From Verrucomicrobiota bacterium (lineage in GTDB: Bacteria > Verrucomicrobiota > Verrucomicrobiia > Limisphaerales > UBA11358): a DNA stretch of 64,000 nt. Location of the stretch: assembly GCA_050010675.1 (NCBI GenBank), contig JBEKKN010000008.1:1757-65756 (forward strand), given 5' to 3'. The notes below the pieces were generated by a model. The model was not told the origin of the DNA. It did not search any database and was given only the letters and a program-made list of their open reading frames with translations. Positions 28,563 to 38,393 of this stretch are shown in pieces. How positions within the stretch are numbered: the stretch's first letter is position 1; every line of letters begins with the position of its first letter. A program made the position numbers and the translations under genes.

Positions 28563-28644
28563 TAGCCCGTGGACCGGTAAGCAAGCCGGTGGGAAAAATC
28601 TTGTCTCGGCACCACGGACTGCGCTAATCCTCTGAGGAAGCACT

Positions 28645-30363
28645 ATGCACCGACGCGAATTTTGCAAACTCATGGCTGCCAGCGCCGGACTGGCTGCCTC
28701 CTTCCCCATGGCCGTCAACCTCGCGCCGGCGGCGGAGGTTACGGGTCCTCCCGATACCGGCTCGCCCACCAGCTTCCCCATCTCCGACTGGGAGGCGGTG
28801 GTCAAGGAAGAATGGGGCACCGCCGGCCATCAAGCCGGGCCGGATACCTGGGACGGTGTGCCGCTGAAATCACCGGCCATCCCGGGACTGGCGGGAGACG
28901 GACCGTTCACGGCGGACTGGCCATCGTTGCTCAACTATGACGTGCCCGAATGGTATCGCGATGCCAAGTTTGCCATCTGGACCCATTGGAGTCCCCAGTG
29001 CGTTCCCGAAGACAGCGACTGGTACGCCCGCAACATGTATATCCAGAACCAGGGGCAATATAATTACCAGCTGAAGCATTACAATCACCCGTCAAAATCC
29101 GGCTACAAGGACCTGTGCGCTCAATGGACCTTGTTGAACTGGGAACCGGAAGCCTTGATGGAACGTTACCAGCGGGCGGGCGCGAAGCTGTTCCTTGCCC
29201 TGGCCAATCACCACGACGGTTTTGATGCCTGGAACTCCAGGCATCATGCCTGGAACGCCCAAAACATCGGCCCGCACCGGGACGTCATCGGCGCTTGGGC
29301 CGCGGCGGCGCGTCAACAGGGCCTCCGCTTCGGCGTGACCGTCCACGCCGCCCGCAACTGGTGGTGGTTTCAAGTGGCCCATCTGTGTGACCGGATCGGT
29401 CCGCTGGCCGGGGTGCCATACGACGGCCACCTGACACTGGACGATGGCAAGGGCCAATGGTGGGAGGGCTACGACCCGCAGGAACTCTATTGCCGCAAAC
29501 ACGGCATCCGCGAAAACCCGGATGACGCCTACGTCGGCAATTTCTACGACCGGGTCCGCGACCTGATTGATCAACACGACCCGGACCTGCTCTATTTTGA
29601 CAACGACCTGCCGCCGCTGGGCTGGGCGGGCATGAACATCGCCGCTTATTTTTACAACCACAACCTGAAGCTGCGCGGCGGCAAGGTGGACCGGGTGCTC
29701 AACGTCAAGCACGTGCCGGACGATCTGGTCAAGGCCGTCGTGCCCGATTACGAGCGCGGCGTCACCAACCGCATCATGCCCTATACCTGGCAGTCCGAAA
29801 CCTGCATCGGCGACTGGCATTACAATCGGGAACGCTTTCTCCAGCATTCCTACATGAAGCCGGGACAGGTCATCCATTGGATGGTGGACGCCGTCAGCAA
29901 GAACGGCATCTTCGTTCTCAATATTCCCGGCAAACCGGATGGCACGCACGATGCCGACGAACTCGCCATCCTCGATGCCATCGGCGGCTGGATGCGCATG
30001 AATGGCGAGGCCATTTACGCCACGCGGCCCTGGAAGGTTTTCGGGGAAGGCGCGCACGAGGCCAAGGGCGGTTCTTTTTCCGGGCACAGCACCAGCGTGC
30101 TGGACGCCCAGGACATTCGGTTCACCCGCAACAAACAAGGCGACGTGGTGTATGCCATCGTCCTCGGCTGGCCCGACGGCGACATCGTAATCAAGAGCCT
30201 CGGCACCGCATCCCCGGTGCAGCCCGGCAAGATTCATCACGTGGAGATGCTCGGCAGCGAGCACAAGCTCAAGTGGAACCAGTCCGCCGGATCACTCACC
30301 ATCCGCAAGCCAAAAGTAAAGCCGTGTGATTTCGCCTGCGCGCTCAAGGTCAGCCTGGCCTGA
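28645..30363 (+). CDS. alpha-L-fucosidase (GH29-like) with a Tat signal
   Basis: MHRREFCKLMAASAGLAASF (twin-Arg); DAKFAIWTHWSPQCVPE..DWYARNMY; size and C-terminal beta-domain fit GH29. Confidence 0.7.
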   Translation: MHRREFCKLMAASAGLAASFPMAVNLAPAAEVTGPPDTGSPTSFPISDWEAVVKEEWGTAGHQAGPDTWDGVPLKSPAIPGLAGDGPFTADWPSLLNYDVPEWYRDAKFAIWTHWSPQCVPEDSDWYARNMYIQNQGQYNYQLKHYNHPSKSGYKDLCAQWTLLNWEPEALMERYQRAGAKLFLALANHHDGFDAWNSRHHAWNAQNIGPHRDVIGAWAAAARQQGLRFGVTVHAARNWWWFQVAHLCDRIGPLAGVPYDGHLTLDDGKGQWWEGYDPQELYCRKHGIRENPDDAYVGNFYDRVRDLIDQHDPDLLYFDNDLPPLGWAGMNIAAYFYNHNLKLRGGKVDRVLNVKHVPDDLVKAVVPDYERGVTNRIMPYTWQSETCIGDWHYNRERFLQHSYMKPGQVIHWMVDAVSKNGIFVLNIPGKPDGTHDADELAILDAIGGWMRMNGEAIYATRPWKVFGEGAHEAKGGSFSGHSTSVLDAQDIRFTRNKQGDVVYAIVLGWPDGDIVIKSLGTASPVQPGKIHHVEMLGSEHKLKWNQSAGSLTIRKPKVKPCDFACALKVSLA

Positions 30364-30508
30364 GTGTCAAAGCCGTGTTAAAGCGACCAAAACGCAAAGC
30401 GAATAAGGCCGACGGAGCCATTACAAATTTAAGCGGCGTGGATTTTATGGACGCTTTGCGGGCACTGCTCAATACCCCGTCACCACGCTCCGAGAAGCGC
30501 AGACCAAA

Positions 30509-31138
30509 TTGAAAACGCGGATAAAACGCATTGGCAATATTCTCTGGCACCATAAATGGGCATTCTTGTTATTTCTAGTCGGTACACTTTTGGAAGGTGC
30601 TGCCCTAGCCTTGGAGTTTTCCGACGCCCTGCATCCACTCTATCGGGTTATTGCACCCACTTATTGGCACGTTTCCGCTGCCTATAATAAATTAGCGCAA
30701 CCAGGATATGTACTGCCCACCGATAACGGGTATAAGGAATTGAGCAAAATTCTATGCTCTCTGCCAGAAGTGGTTGAATGGGCCGGCTCTGGTAGCCATA
30801 CGAATGGGGGCGTCCTTAAAAACAACCTCAGACTTGAGATTGCCGCTCAAGACCCAGTTTTTCGGAGGGCCGGGGTTGCCTTTTATGACAATGTTATTGA
30901 TTTTAAAATTAGTTGCACTTCCCGAAAAGACCTCTTTATAGGGCAATGCCCAAAGACTTGGTTGAAGGACACGATTAGCGACACAAAAACTCTCTGGATC
31001 ACGGTCTGGGCATTTCTCTTGTTTGTAATCGGAGCAGCGTTAGAATTTTTTACGCTCATTTTTGAGCTTTCTCAGAAAGAGGGCGAGCCTACCAGTAATT
31101 TGGATCAATTTTCTGATAGTGAGCCAAGTTCCTATTAA
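30509..31138 (+). CDS. hypothetical membrane protein in an AT-rich islet (two near-duplicate TM helices flanking a domain of about 130 aa)
   Basis: The only available start is TTG and the 209-aa product has no internal Met. TM1 is WAFLLFLVGTLLEGAALALEFS and TM2 is WAFLLFVIGAALEFFTLIFELS. I recognise no family. Confidence 0.4.
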   Translation: MKTRIKRIGNILWHHKWAFLLFLVGTLLEGAALALEFSDALHPLYRVIAPTYWHVSAAYNKLAQPGYVLPTDNGYKELSKILCSLPEVVEWAGSGSHTNGGVLKNNLRLEIAAQDPVFRRAGVAFYDNVIDFKISCTSRKDLFIGQCPKTWLKDTISDTKTLWITVWAFLLFVIGAALEFFTLIFELSQKEGEPTSNLDQFSDSEPSSY

Positions 31139-31343
31139 GGCCACAATGGCGAACGATAGAACGATAATCGCTCTGGGCCACCAATTTATGTGATTATCCA
31201 CGTATTTAGGGTCTAAATCTCCGCAGGGCACCTTATCGTGTTCGTCTCAGAAAAATACTTCTGCCAAACTAACTTATTTGTAATCTGAATGTTACTTTAA
31301 CCGTTTGGGTTTGTGAAATATACAATCCCGTTCTTCTTTTAGC

Positions 31344-31616
31344 TTGGACAGCCTTTGTCCAACCCCACCCGCTAGGATGTCGTCGAAAATGAAAGGCAAT
31401 ATGAACAACGAACAACTCGAACTCGGCATCCACGGCAGCAAATTACAACTGAACGGGAACGGTCATCCTGTAGCCCGGGACCGGCGCACCCGGGCCCAGT
31501 GGTGGTTCACCCAGATGCGAAACATCGTGGGCCGCGCCATGGATTGGGAAACCACCGGCACCCCGCGCCCGGAACAAATCTGGATTCCCGGCGCGCACCG
31601 CGAAGTGGAAGTCTGA
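31344..31616 (+). CDS. small basic hypothetical protein (likely start at one of the internal ATGs, for example 31377)
   Basis: ...NNEQLELG...RDRRTRAQWWFTQMRNIVGRAMDWE...PRPEQIW. The motif looks familiar from small PVC-group hypothetical proteins (recollection only). Confidence 0.45.
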   Translation: MDSLCPTPPARMSSKMKGNMNNEQLELGIHGSKLQLNGNGHPVARDRRTRAQWWFTQMRNIVGRAMDWETTGTPRPEQIWIPGAHREVEV

Positions 31617-31684
31617 CAAAGCGGATGGTTGGATTGTTGGATTATGGGATTGATGGTTTTGGCCCGCACCAATCCATTCGTCCA

Positions 31685-32314
31685 TTAATCCATCAATCCC
31701 TTCCCATACCCGGCACTCACGAAGTCACGGACCACCGTGATTTCCTCTTCGATCATGGTGTGCGGCTTGGCGAATTCGCGCCATTCGACGTTGAGGCCCG
31801 CGGCTTTGAGCAGCGGTATTTGCGGACGGACCTGGGCAATCGGTATCAGGGGATCGCCGGTGCCGTGCGTCATGAGCAGCCGTTGTTGCCGGGCCACCGG
31901 TGGCAGTTCCGCCAGCAGCTTGTCCGGTTCATGCACCCAGCCGCTGATGCCGACAATGACGGCCAGCCGATGCGGATAACGCAAGCCCACGTCAACCGCC
32001 ATCAGACAGCCCTGCGAAAAACCGCCCAGAGTCGTTTGTTCCGCCGGAAATCCGCGCGCGGGCAAATCATCGAGCAACTCAAACAGCAATGTCCGGCTGC
32101 GCTGCACACCCGGCAGGATATTGTTCAAATCGAACCATGCGTACCCGCCATAATAATCGTCCGGGGCGTTGACCAGCAGATAGTTCAGCCACGGCAGGTT
32201 CAGCGCCTCCGGCAACCAGCGATAACCTTCGATGCTGTCGCCCAGGCCGTGCAGCATCACCATCAGACGCCGGGAATTTTTCTCCCGGGCCGGAATCAGT
32301 TCGCTGTGCAGCAT
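31685..32314 (-). CDS. alpha/beta hydrolase, phospholipase/carboxylesterase family
   Basis: LMVMLHGLGDS...GGFSQGCLMA (nucleophile elbow)...THGTGDPLIP. Confidence 0.8.
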   Translation of the reverse strand: MLHSELIPAREKNSRRLMVMLHGLGDSIEGYRWLPEALNLPWLNYLLVNAPDDYYGGYAWFDLNNILPGVQRSRTLLFELLDDLPARGFPAEQTTLGGFSQGCLMAVDVGLRYPHRLAVIVGISGWVHEPDKLLAELPPVARQQRLLMTHGTGDPLIPIAQVRPQIPLLKAAGLNVEWREFAKPHTMIEEEITVVRDFVSAGYGKGLMD

Positions 32315-32318
32315 GGAA

Positions 32319-32792
32319 TTATTTTCCGGCCGGCGCGGCGGCTTTCAAGCGTTTGGCCTCCTGATCGAGCCATTGCGTCAATTGCTGGCGCTGGGCGTCG
32401 GTGAGCCGGGCCAGCGGATGCATGATTTTGTACTGGCCCGGCGGCATTTCCTTGTAGCCCAGTTCTTCACTGGCGTTTTCCAGCCGCTTGGCAGCCCGTT
32501 CCGGATCGTCCACCGGCCAGTCGGAAAAATTCAAATGCCGGCGCCCGCCCTGGACGTCGCTCGCGATCAACCACGATACCGGTGCGATGTGGCTGTACCA
32601 TGGCCATTGGGTTTCGTAGGAATGACAATCGTAGCACGCCCCGCGGAACAGGGCGGCGATGGGTGGCGGCGGCGCCTCGGCGGCCAGGAAATCGTGAACC
32701 ACCGGCGGGTTCGTGCGGGCCGGATTGGCGAATTGCAACAACGCAAAAATCACGACCAACCCTCCCAAAATCCATTTTAATTTCGTTTTCAT
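32319..32792 (-). CDS. haem-binding-domain protein (Haem_bd-like), membrane anchored
   Basis: N-terminal TM; CYDCHSYETQWPWYSHIAPVSWLIASDV motif; stop lies 4 nt upstream of the esterase start. Confidence 0.75.
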   Translation of the reverse strand: MKTKLKWILGGLVVIFALLQFANPARTNPPVVHDFLAAEAPPPPIAALFRGACYDCHSYETQWPWYSHIAPVSWLIASDVQGGRRHLNFSDWPVDDPERAAKRLENASEELGYKEMPPGQYKIMHPLARLTDAQRQQLTQWLDQEAKRLKAAAPAGK

Positions 32793-32840
32793 TTTATTTC
32801 ATCGGACAGGCCGGGGCGCAAAATGTTCGCTGCCGACGTA

Positions 32841-32905
32841 GCGGCGCCTCGGCAAAGCGCCGCAAACTCCAAAATCATTAAGTGCGGCTTTCTGCCGAAA
32901 GCCGC
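32841..32905. repeat. REP/BIME-like pair of GC-rich palindromes
   Basis: GCGGCGC-ctcggcaaa-GCGCCGC (32841-63) and GCGGCTTT-ctgccg-AAAGCCGC (32884-905), in the intergenic spacer. Confidence 0.65.
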
Positions 32906-32935
32906 TACGCCCATTTGGCAAAGAGTTCGTCATCG

Positions 32936-33796
32936 TCATTCAAAAAGTTTCCCGGAGTTCGTCTGGCACGGCAAAAAGCTTCGTACGCGCCGAACTTCGG
33001 TCAGCCGGCCGCGCGACCATTTTCGCAACCGGTAAATCGTGCCGAACGCGAAATCCGGCGCCCCCCCGCCCTGCCCGCCGACCCGTTCCGCGCCGCGCCG
33101 TACATTGTCAATCATCCACGCCGGCAACCTTGCGTGATACGGATTGCGCCGCACTTCGCCGGTGTGGCACGCCAGCGCCGCGACCAGATCGCCAACCTCC
33201 GCAACACCCAGCTCCACCAGCAGATTGGGGTCCGTCATTGGGCCCCAAAATTCCGTCTCCACGACGTGGCATTGGAAACCGGCCGGCAAGGTTTTGAGCG
33301 CGTCCAAAACCAGAAAATGCGTGCCGACATGCGTAGGATGCCAGTCATTCTCGTGCGGAATAAATATAACGCGTGGATGCTGCTCCGCCAGAATCCCGGC
33401 AACGATTTTGACCGCCGCCTTCCAACGCGTCCAATCTTGCTTGCGTGATTTAAGAGTAATGTGCTCCAGACCTTGTTCCCGCAACAGAATCAAACCAAAG
33501 CCCAATGACGCGCAGGCGTTGCGCAATTCCCGCAACCGGGCCGCCCGCCGGCCAGCGTTGCTGCCGCGGGTCACCGCAACATTGACGACGTTCCACTTCG
33601 ATTCGCGCAACAACCGCAAGGCGAGGCCGCCGACGATGCATTCGTCGTCCGGGTGCGGTGAAAAAATCAAAACGTTGGGCGCGTCCACCCGCATCCGCGG
33701 CGGCCGCAGGATTTTTGGCGGACGGCCCGGCGGCAGCTTGCGTCCCCGGTGCAGCAGCCGGGCATGTTCGGAAACGAATTGTCGAAAAGGATTCAC
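32936..33796 (-). CDS. PIG-L/LmbE-family deacetylase
   Basis: VLIFSPHPDDECIVGGLALRL...HP.H, the zinc-binding motif of the PIG-L family. Confidence 0.8.
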   Translation of the reverse strand: MNPFRQFVSEHARLLHRGRKLPPGRPPKILRPPRMRVDAPNVLIFSPHPDDECIVGGLALRLLRESKWNVVNVAVTRGSNAGRRAARLRELRNACASLGFGLILLREQGLEHITLKSRKQDWTRWKAAVKIVAGILAEQHPRVIFIPHENDWHPTHVGTHFLVLDALKTLPAGFQCHVVETEFWGPMTDPNLLVELGVAEVGDLVAALACHTGEVRRNPYHARLPAWMIDNVRRGAERVGGQGGGAPDFAFGTIYRLRKWSRGRLTEVRRVRSFLPCQTNSGKLFE

Positions 33797-33936
33797 TGAT
33801 TCAACCGGCCTTGATTAAACACGGTCAAAACCGGGATGAACAGAAAAGATTGCCGGCCGGCTGCAGCGGGACAACCACCCGAGAGCGCACACAGCTGGCT
33901 TTATCGGGGTCCATCCTTGTGAATCCGTGGTGACGA

Positions 33937-36267
33937 TCATTTTTGTTTGACCATTGTGCCGCCAAACAACAATCGCAGACTGTTCATCACCACCACCACG
34001 GTGCTGCCCTCATGGCCGACCACGCCGATGGTCAGCGGAATTTTTCCGAGCATGGCAAAGGTCACCAGCACCACCACGGTGCCGAGCGAAATGACCAGAT
34101 TTTGCCGGATGACACGCCGCGCCCGCTGGCTCAACCGGAACGCGGCGAGAAAATTCTCCAGCCGGTCGTGCATCAGCACCACGTCCGCCTGCTCCAGCGC
34201 GGCGTCCGCACCGCGCGCGCCCATGGCCACGCCGATGTACGCGACGGCGAGACTCGGCGCGTCATTCACGCCGTCGCCAATCATCGCCACGCGCCTGCCT
34301 TGTCCGCTCAATTCCTGGATGGCCGCAACCTTTTGCTCCGGCTTTAACTCGGCGCGCACGTCGTCCAGCTTCAATTCCGCGCGCAAATGTTCGGCGGCGC
34401 CCTTGCGGTCACCGGTCAACACCACGCTGCGCAACCCTTCGTGCCGCAATTCCTCCACCACCGAGGCGGATTGCGGACGGATGTCGTCGCGCAGAATGAC
34501 GCGCCCCAGCAAATCACCGGCGGAAATCCAGACCTCGGACGTGCCGGCGCCGGACTGCGGCGCGGCAAATCCGGCCCGGCTGACCAGCGATTCAACCCAG
34601 GCGCGTTTGCCGAGGAAGATTTCCCGGCCGTCGCGCCTGGCTTTCAAGCCCTCGCCGGTGACGGATTCAAAGTGCGGGAATTCGATGACTTCCAGTCCGT
34701 GCTGCTTCCCATGGCGGGTGATGGCGCGGGCGAGCGGATGCGTCGAAAGTTTTTCCAGCGAATACGCGAGCTGGATGATTTCCGCTTCGCGTCCGGGCGG
34801 GAAACCCTCGACGGTTTCCACTCTCAATTCGCCGGTGGTGAGCGTGCCGGTTTTGTCGAGGCAGACGGTGTCGACCTCGGCGAGTTTTTCCACCGCCGCG
34901 CCGCCGCGGAACAGGATGCCGTGCCGCGCACCCCAGGCGATGGCGGCGAGCACCGCCGACGGAATGGACAGCACCAGCGCGCACGGCGATGAAACCACGA
35001 GCAGCGTCATCGTCCGGTAAAATGCGCTGTTCGACTCGACCGTGGATTTGAAGGCCTGCAGGCCGAAGCCGAGCCACCACACAAAAAACATGGTGAACGA
35101 CAGGCCAATGACGCCGTAGGTATAATAGGTGCTGAACCTGTCAGCGAACACCTGCGCGGGTGCTTTTTGCTGCTGCGCCTCGCGGATGAGGGTGATGATT
35201 TTTTGGAGCGAGCTTTCGGCGGCAGGCCGGGTGACGACCACCTCGACCACGCCCCACAAATTGATGGTCCCGGCCAGCGTGTTGTCGCCAATTTTTTTCT
35301 CAACGGGCGTGGCTTCGCCGGTCAGATTTGATTCATCCGTGGCGGTATTGCCCCGGGCGATTTCGCCGTCCACCGGAAACTGCTCGCCGGGCTTGATGAG
35401 CAGGCGCATCCCCGGTTTGAGTTGTTCGACTTTGACCTCGCGTTCCTGTCCCTGGGCCTCGATCACCGTGGCGACTTTGGGCGTGTCGCGAAAGAGCGAC
35501 CGGATTTCCTTCTGCGTGCGGCCGAGCGCGTAATGTTCGAGGGCCCCGGAGAGCGAAAACAGAAACAACAACGTGGCGCCTTCCGCCCAGGCGCCAATGG
35601 AGGCGGCGCCGGCGGCCACAAAAAGCATTAAAAAATGGACGTCAATCGTGCGCTTCTGCAGCCGTTCCCAAACTTCCACGGCCGGATAAAAACCACCCGC
35701 CAGGCAGGCCGCCACAAAACCGGCAATGGCCGGCGTGTGAAAACCAAATCGACCCAGGAAAAAGCCGGCCAGCCCAAAAACGCCGCACAAAATCGCGGCG
35801 GCCAGCTGGGCTTTCCACTCGTCAATTTCCCCGACGTGTTCAAGAAACTCGACGTCGCGCGGAACCACCTTGGGAAACGGCATGTCCCGCCAGCGCCAGA
35901 ATTTCGGCGCGGTCGGGCAGGTGATGCGGGCAATCGTTGTGGTCGGGCCGTCGTTTTGGATCGTGATTCTTTTCCGCTCGGCCTCGGACAACGGCGTGTC
36001 GCACGACCGGCAATCGCCGGCGCCGCTCAACAGGGAACAGGCCTGGCCGGCGTCGGCGGACTGGGCGGCCTGGAACTGGGTCGTGATGCGCTCCGTCAGC
36101 TTGACCACGTCGGTGCGGCCCAGCGTGGCCACGGAAATTTTCTGATGCGCCCGGTCAATGGTCACCGCCTCCAGCGTCGGCTCCTCGGCCAGCGCCTCCA
36201 CGACGGAGCGCGCGAGGCAGGGGTCGGCCCCGGGATGGTCAATGCGCTTGGCGGACGGCAAATTCAT
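33937..36267 (-). CDS. heavy-metal-translocating P1B-type ATPase (SPC motif)
   Basis: CLDKTGTLT, SSPCALV (TM SPC), STHPLA, GDGVNDAP. Start taken at MNLPSAK (M20 of track ORF 33937..36324). The N-terminus has no canonical GMxCxxC but contains CRSC. Confidence 0.85.
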   Translation of the reverse strand: MNLPSAKRIDHPGADPCLARSVVEALAEEPTLEAVTIDRAHQKISVATLGRTDVVKLTERITTQFQAAQSADAGQACSLLSGAGDCRSCDTPLSEAERKRITIQNDGPTTTIARITCPTAPKFWRWRDMPFPKVVPRDVEFLEHVGEIDEWKAQLAAAILCGVFGLAGFFLGRFGFHTPAIAGFVAACLAGGFYPAVEVWERLQKRTIDVHFLMLFVAAGAASIGAWAEGATLLFLFSLSGALEHYALGRTQKEIRSLFRDTPKVATVIEAQGQEREVKVEQLKPGMRLLIKPGEQFPVDGEIARGNTATDESNLTGEATPVEKKIGDNTLAGTINLWGVVEVVVTRPAAESSLQKIITLIREAQQQKAPAQVFADRFSTYYTYGVIGLSFTMFFVWWLGFGLQAFKSTVESNSAFYRTMTLLVVSSPCALVLSIPSAVLAAIAWGARHGILFRGGAAVEKLAEVDTVCLDKTGTLTTGELRVETVEGFPPGREAEIIQLAYSLEKLSTHPLARAITRHGKQHGLEVIEFPHFESVTGEGLKARRDGREIFLGKRAWVESLVSRAGFAAPQSGAGTSEVWISAGDLLGRVILRDDIRPQSASVVEELRHEGLRSVVLTGDRKGAAEHLRAELKLDDVRAELKPEQKVAAIQELSGQGRRVAMIGDGVNDAPSLAVAYIGVAMGARGADAALEQADVVLMHDRLENFLAAFRLSQRARRVIRQNLVISLGTVVVLVTFAMLGKIPLTIGVVGHEGSTVVVVMNSLRLLFGGTMVKQK

Positions 36268-36406
36268 AACCGGTTCATGGGTAACATAACGACGAACCCG
36301 CCGCGACGCAAAAGGGGCGCACAAAAATTTAGTTTTGACTGTTCAATTCCTCGCGCCTTTGGCACGTTGCGAGGGCATCCATGGCTTGGAACCGGCATTC
36401 ATCTCA

Positions 36407-38221
36407 ATGAGCAAAGCATACGACAAACCGCAGACTGCCAATCAAAACATTCTTAATTGGGTCCGGCAAATGGCCGAGCTCTGCCGGCCGGACGGTGTCC
36501 ATTGGTGCGATGGTTCGGAGGCGGAAAATCAGATGTTGTGTGACCAGATGGTCAGGAGCGGCACGTTCATCAAGCTGAACGAAAAGAAACGTCCCGGCTC
36601 GTATCTGGCGCGCTCGCACCCGAGCGACGTGGCCCGCGTGGAAGACCGGACGTTCATCTGCTCCAAAACCAAGGACGAGGCCGGCCCGACGAACCATTGG
36701 GCCGACCCCGCCGAAATGAAGCAAAAGCTGCTCGGCCTGTTCCAGGGCTGCATGCAAGGCCGCACGCTGTATGTCATTCCGTTTGCGATGGGGCCGCTCG
36801 ATTCACCCATCTGCAAAATCGGCGTCCAAATCACCGATTCGCCTTATGTGGTCGTCAACATGCGCATCATGACGCGCATGGGCCGGACCGTGCTGGACAA
36901 ACTGGGCGTGAACGGCACGTTCATCCCCTGCATGCACTCGGTGGGCGCGCCACTGGCACCCGGCCAAAAGGACGTTCCCTGGCCCTGCGAAGGCGACCCG
37001 AAAAAAAAATACATCGTTCATTTTCCCGAGGACCCTTCGATCTGGTCGTACGGCTCCGGTTATGGCGGCAACGCGTTGCTGGGCAAAAAATGCCTCGCGC
37101 TGCGCATCGCTTCCACCGTGGCGAAAAAGGAAGGCTGGATGGCGGAACACATGCTCATTCTTTGCCTGACTTCGCCCCCGGGCAAAAAATATTACATCGC
37201 CGCCGCGTTTCCGAGTGCGTGCGGAAAGACGAACCTGGCCATGATGCAGCCGACGCTGCCGGGCTGGAAAGTCACCACGCTGGGCGACGACATCGCCTGG
37301 ATTCGCATCGGCAGAGACGGACGGCTTTACGCCATGAATCCGGAGACCGGCTTTTTCGGCGTTGCGCCGGGCACTTCCGCGAAATCCAATCCCCACGCAT
37401 TGGCAGCCTGCGCGAAAAACACGATTTTTACCAACGTCGTGCTGACGCCGGACAACGATGTCTGGTGGGAGGGCATGGGTGTGCCCGCCCCGGCCAAGGG
37501 CATTGACTGGCAGGGCAATGAATGGACGCCCGGCAGCGGCAGGAAGGGCGCACACCCGAATTCACGTTTCACCGCGCCCGCAGCACAATGTCCGGTGATT
37601 GACTCCGACTGGCAGAATCCCGAAGGCATGCCGCTCTCGGCGATTTTGTTTGGCGGACGCCGGCCCCACACGATCCCGCTGGTGAATGAAGCGTTTGACT
37701 GGGAACACGGGGTGTTCATGGGTTCGGCCTGCGGTTCGGAAACCACCGCCGCGGCGCTCGGCCGGGCCGGCGTGCTGCGGCGCGATCCCTTCGCCATGTT
37801 GCCGTTCTGCGGTTACAACATGGGCGATTACTTTGCCCACTGGCTTTCCTTCGCGCAGCGGACCGACCGCGCCAAATTGCCCAAGGTCTATTTTGTGAAC
37901 TGGTTTCGCAAGGATGCGAACGGCCGATGGCTCTGGCCCGGGTACGGCGAGAACAGCCGTGTGCTCAAATGGATTTGTGAACGGGTCGAAGGCACCGGCA
38001 AGGCGCAAGAAACGCCGATCGGCAATCTGCCCACCCCGGACGCGATCGACCTTTCGGGGTTGAACCTGGCTGCCAACGATCTTCCGCAACTGCTCGCCGT
38101 AGACGCGGCCGGCTGGAAAGAGGAAGTCGAGGACGTGGCCGTGAACTACGCGAAATTCGGCGGCACACTGCCGCAGGCATTAAGCAAACAGCTTGCCAGT
38201 TTGCGCAAGCGGCTCGGTTGA
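36407..38221 (+). CDS. pckG: phosphoenolpyruvate carboxykinase (GTP)
   Basis: MSKAYDKP...; [13 protein letters not shown] (kinase-1a), [20 protein letters not shown], typical of GTP-PEPCK. Confidence 0.95.
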   Translation: MSKAYDKPQTANQNILNWVRQMAELCRPDGVHWCDGSEAENQMLCDQMVRSGTFIKLNEKKRPGSYLARSHPSDVARVEDRTFICSKTKDEAGPTNHWADPAEMKQKLLGLFQGCMQGRTLYVIPFAMGPLDSPICKIGVQITDSPYVVVNMRIMTRMGRTVLDKLGVNGTFIPCMHSVGAPLAPGQKDVPWPCEGDPKKKYIVHFPEDPSIWSYGSGYGGNALLGKKCLALRIASTVAKKEGWMAEHMLILCLTSPPGKKYYIAAAFPSACGKTNLAMMQPTLPGWKVTTLGDDIAWIRIGRDGRLYAMNPETGFFGVAPGTSAKSNPHALAACAKNTIFTNVVLTPDNDVWWEGMGVPAPAKGIDWQGNEWTPGSGRKGAHPNSRFTAPAAQCPVIDSDWQNPEGMPLSAILFGGRRPHTIPLVNEAFDWEHGVFMGSACGSETTAAALGRAGVLRRDPFAMLPFCGYNMGDYFAHWLSFAQRTDRAKLPKVYFVNWFRKDANGRWLWPGYGENSRVLKWICERVEGTGKAQETPIGNLPTPDAIDLSGLNLAANDLPQLLAVDAAGWKEEVEDVAVNYAKFGGTLPQALSKQLASLRKRLG

Positions 38222-38393
38222 GCTTCTTCCCTTTTGATGGCGTTATTGGTGTCTTGAAAGTTGTCCGGTGCGGCTGGCTGAGATCCAGAAGGCTTAAGTT
38301 AGACTTCTCACACTCGTTGGAGACGGGTGGTTTGGCTTGTTTTATCCGAAAAAATATGTCAAACAATGGGTTGGAGCAAACACGCTGTCTAAC

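Noticed and set aside
30375-30509. 45-codon frame (VLKRPKRKANKADGAITNLSGVDFMDALRALLNTPSPRSEKRRPN*) just after the fucosidase gene.
   Set aside because: It is too short, would need a GTG start, and overlaps the upstream gene's end if extended. It is plausibly a gene remnant or the frameshifted 5' part of the next ORF, so it is not called as a feature.
31040-31231. 63-aa minus-strand ORF with one TM helix, overlapping the 3' end of ORF 30509..31138.
   Set aside because: I cannot decide between the two overlapping frames from sequence alone. The longer + ORF is kept as the (low-confidence) call, and this one is mentioned in the islet finding.
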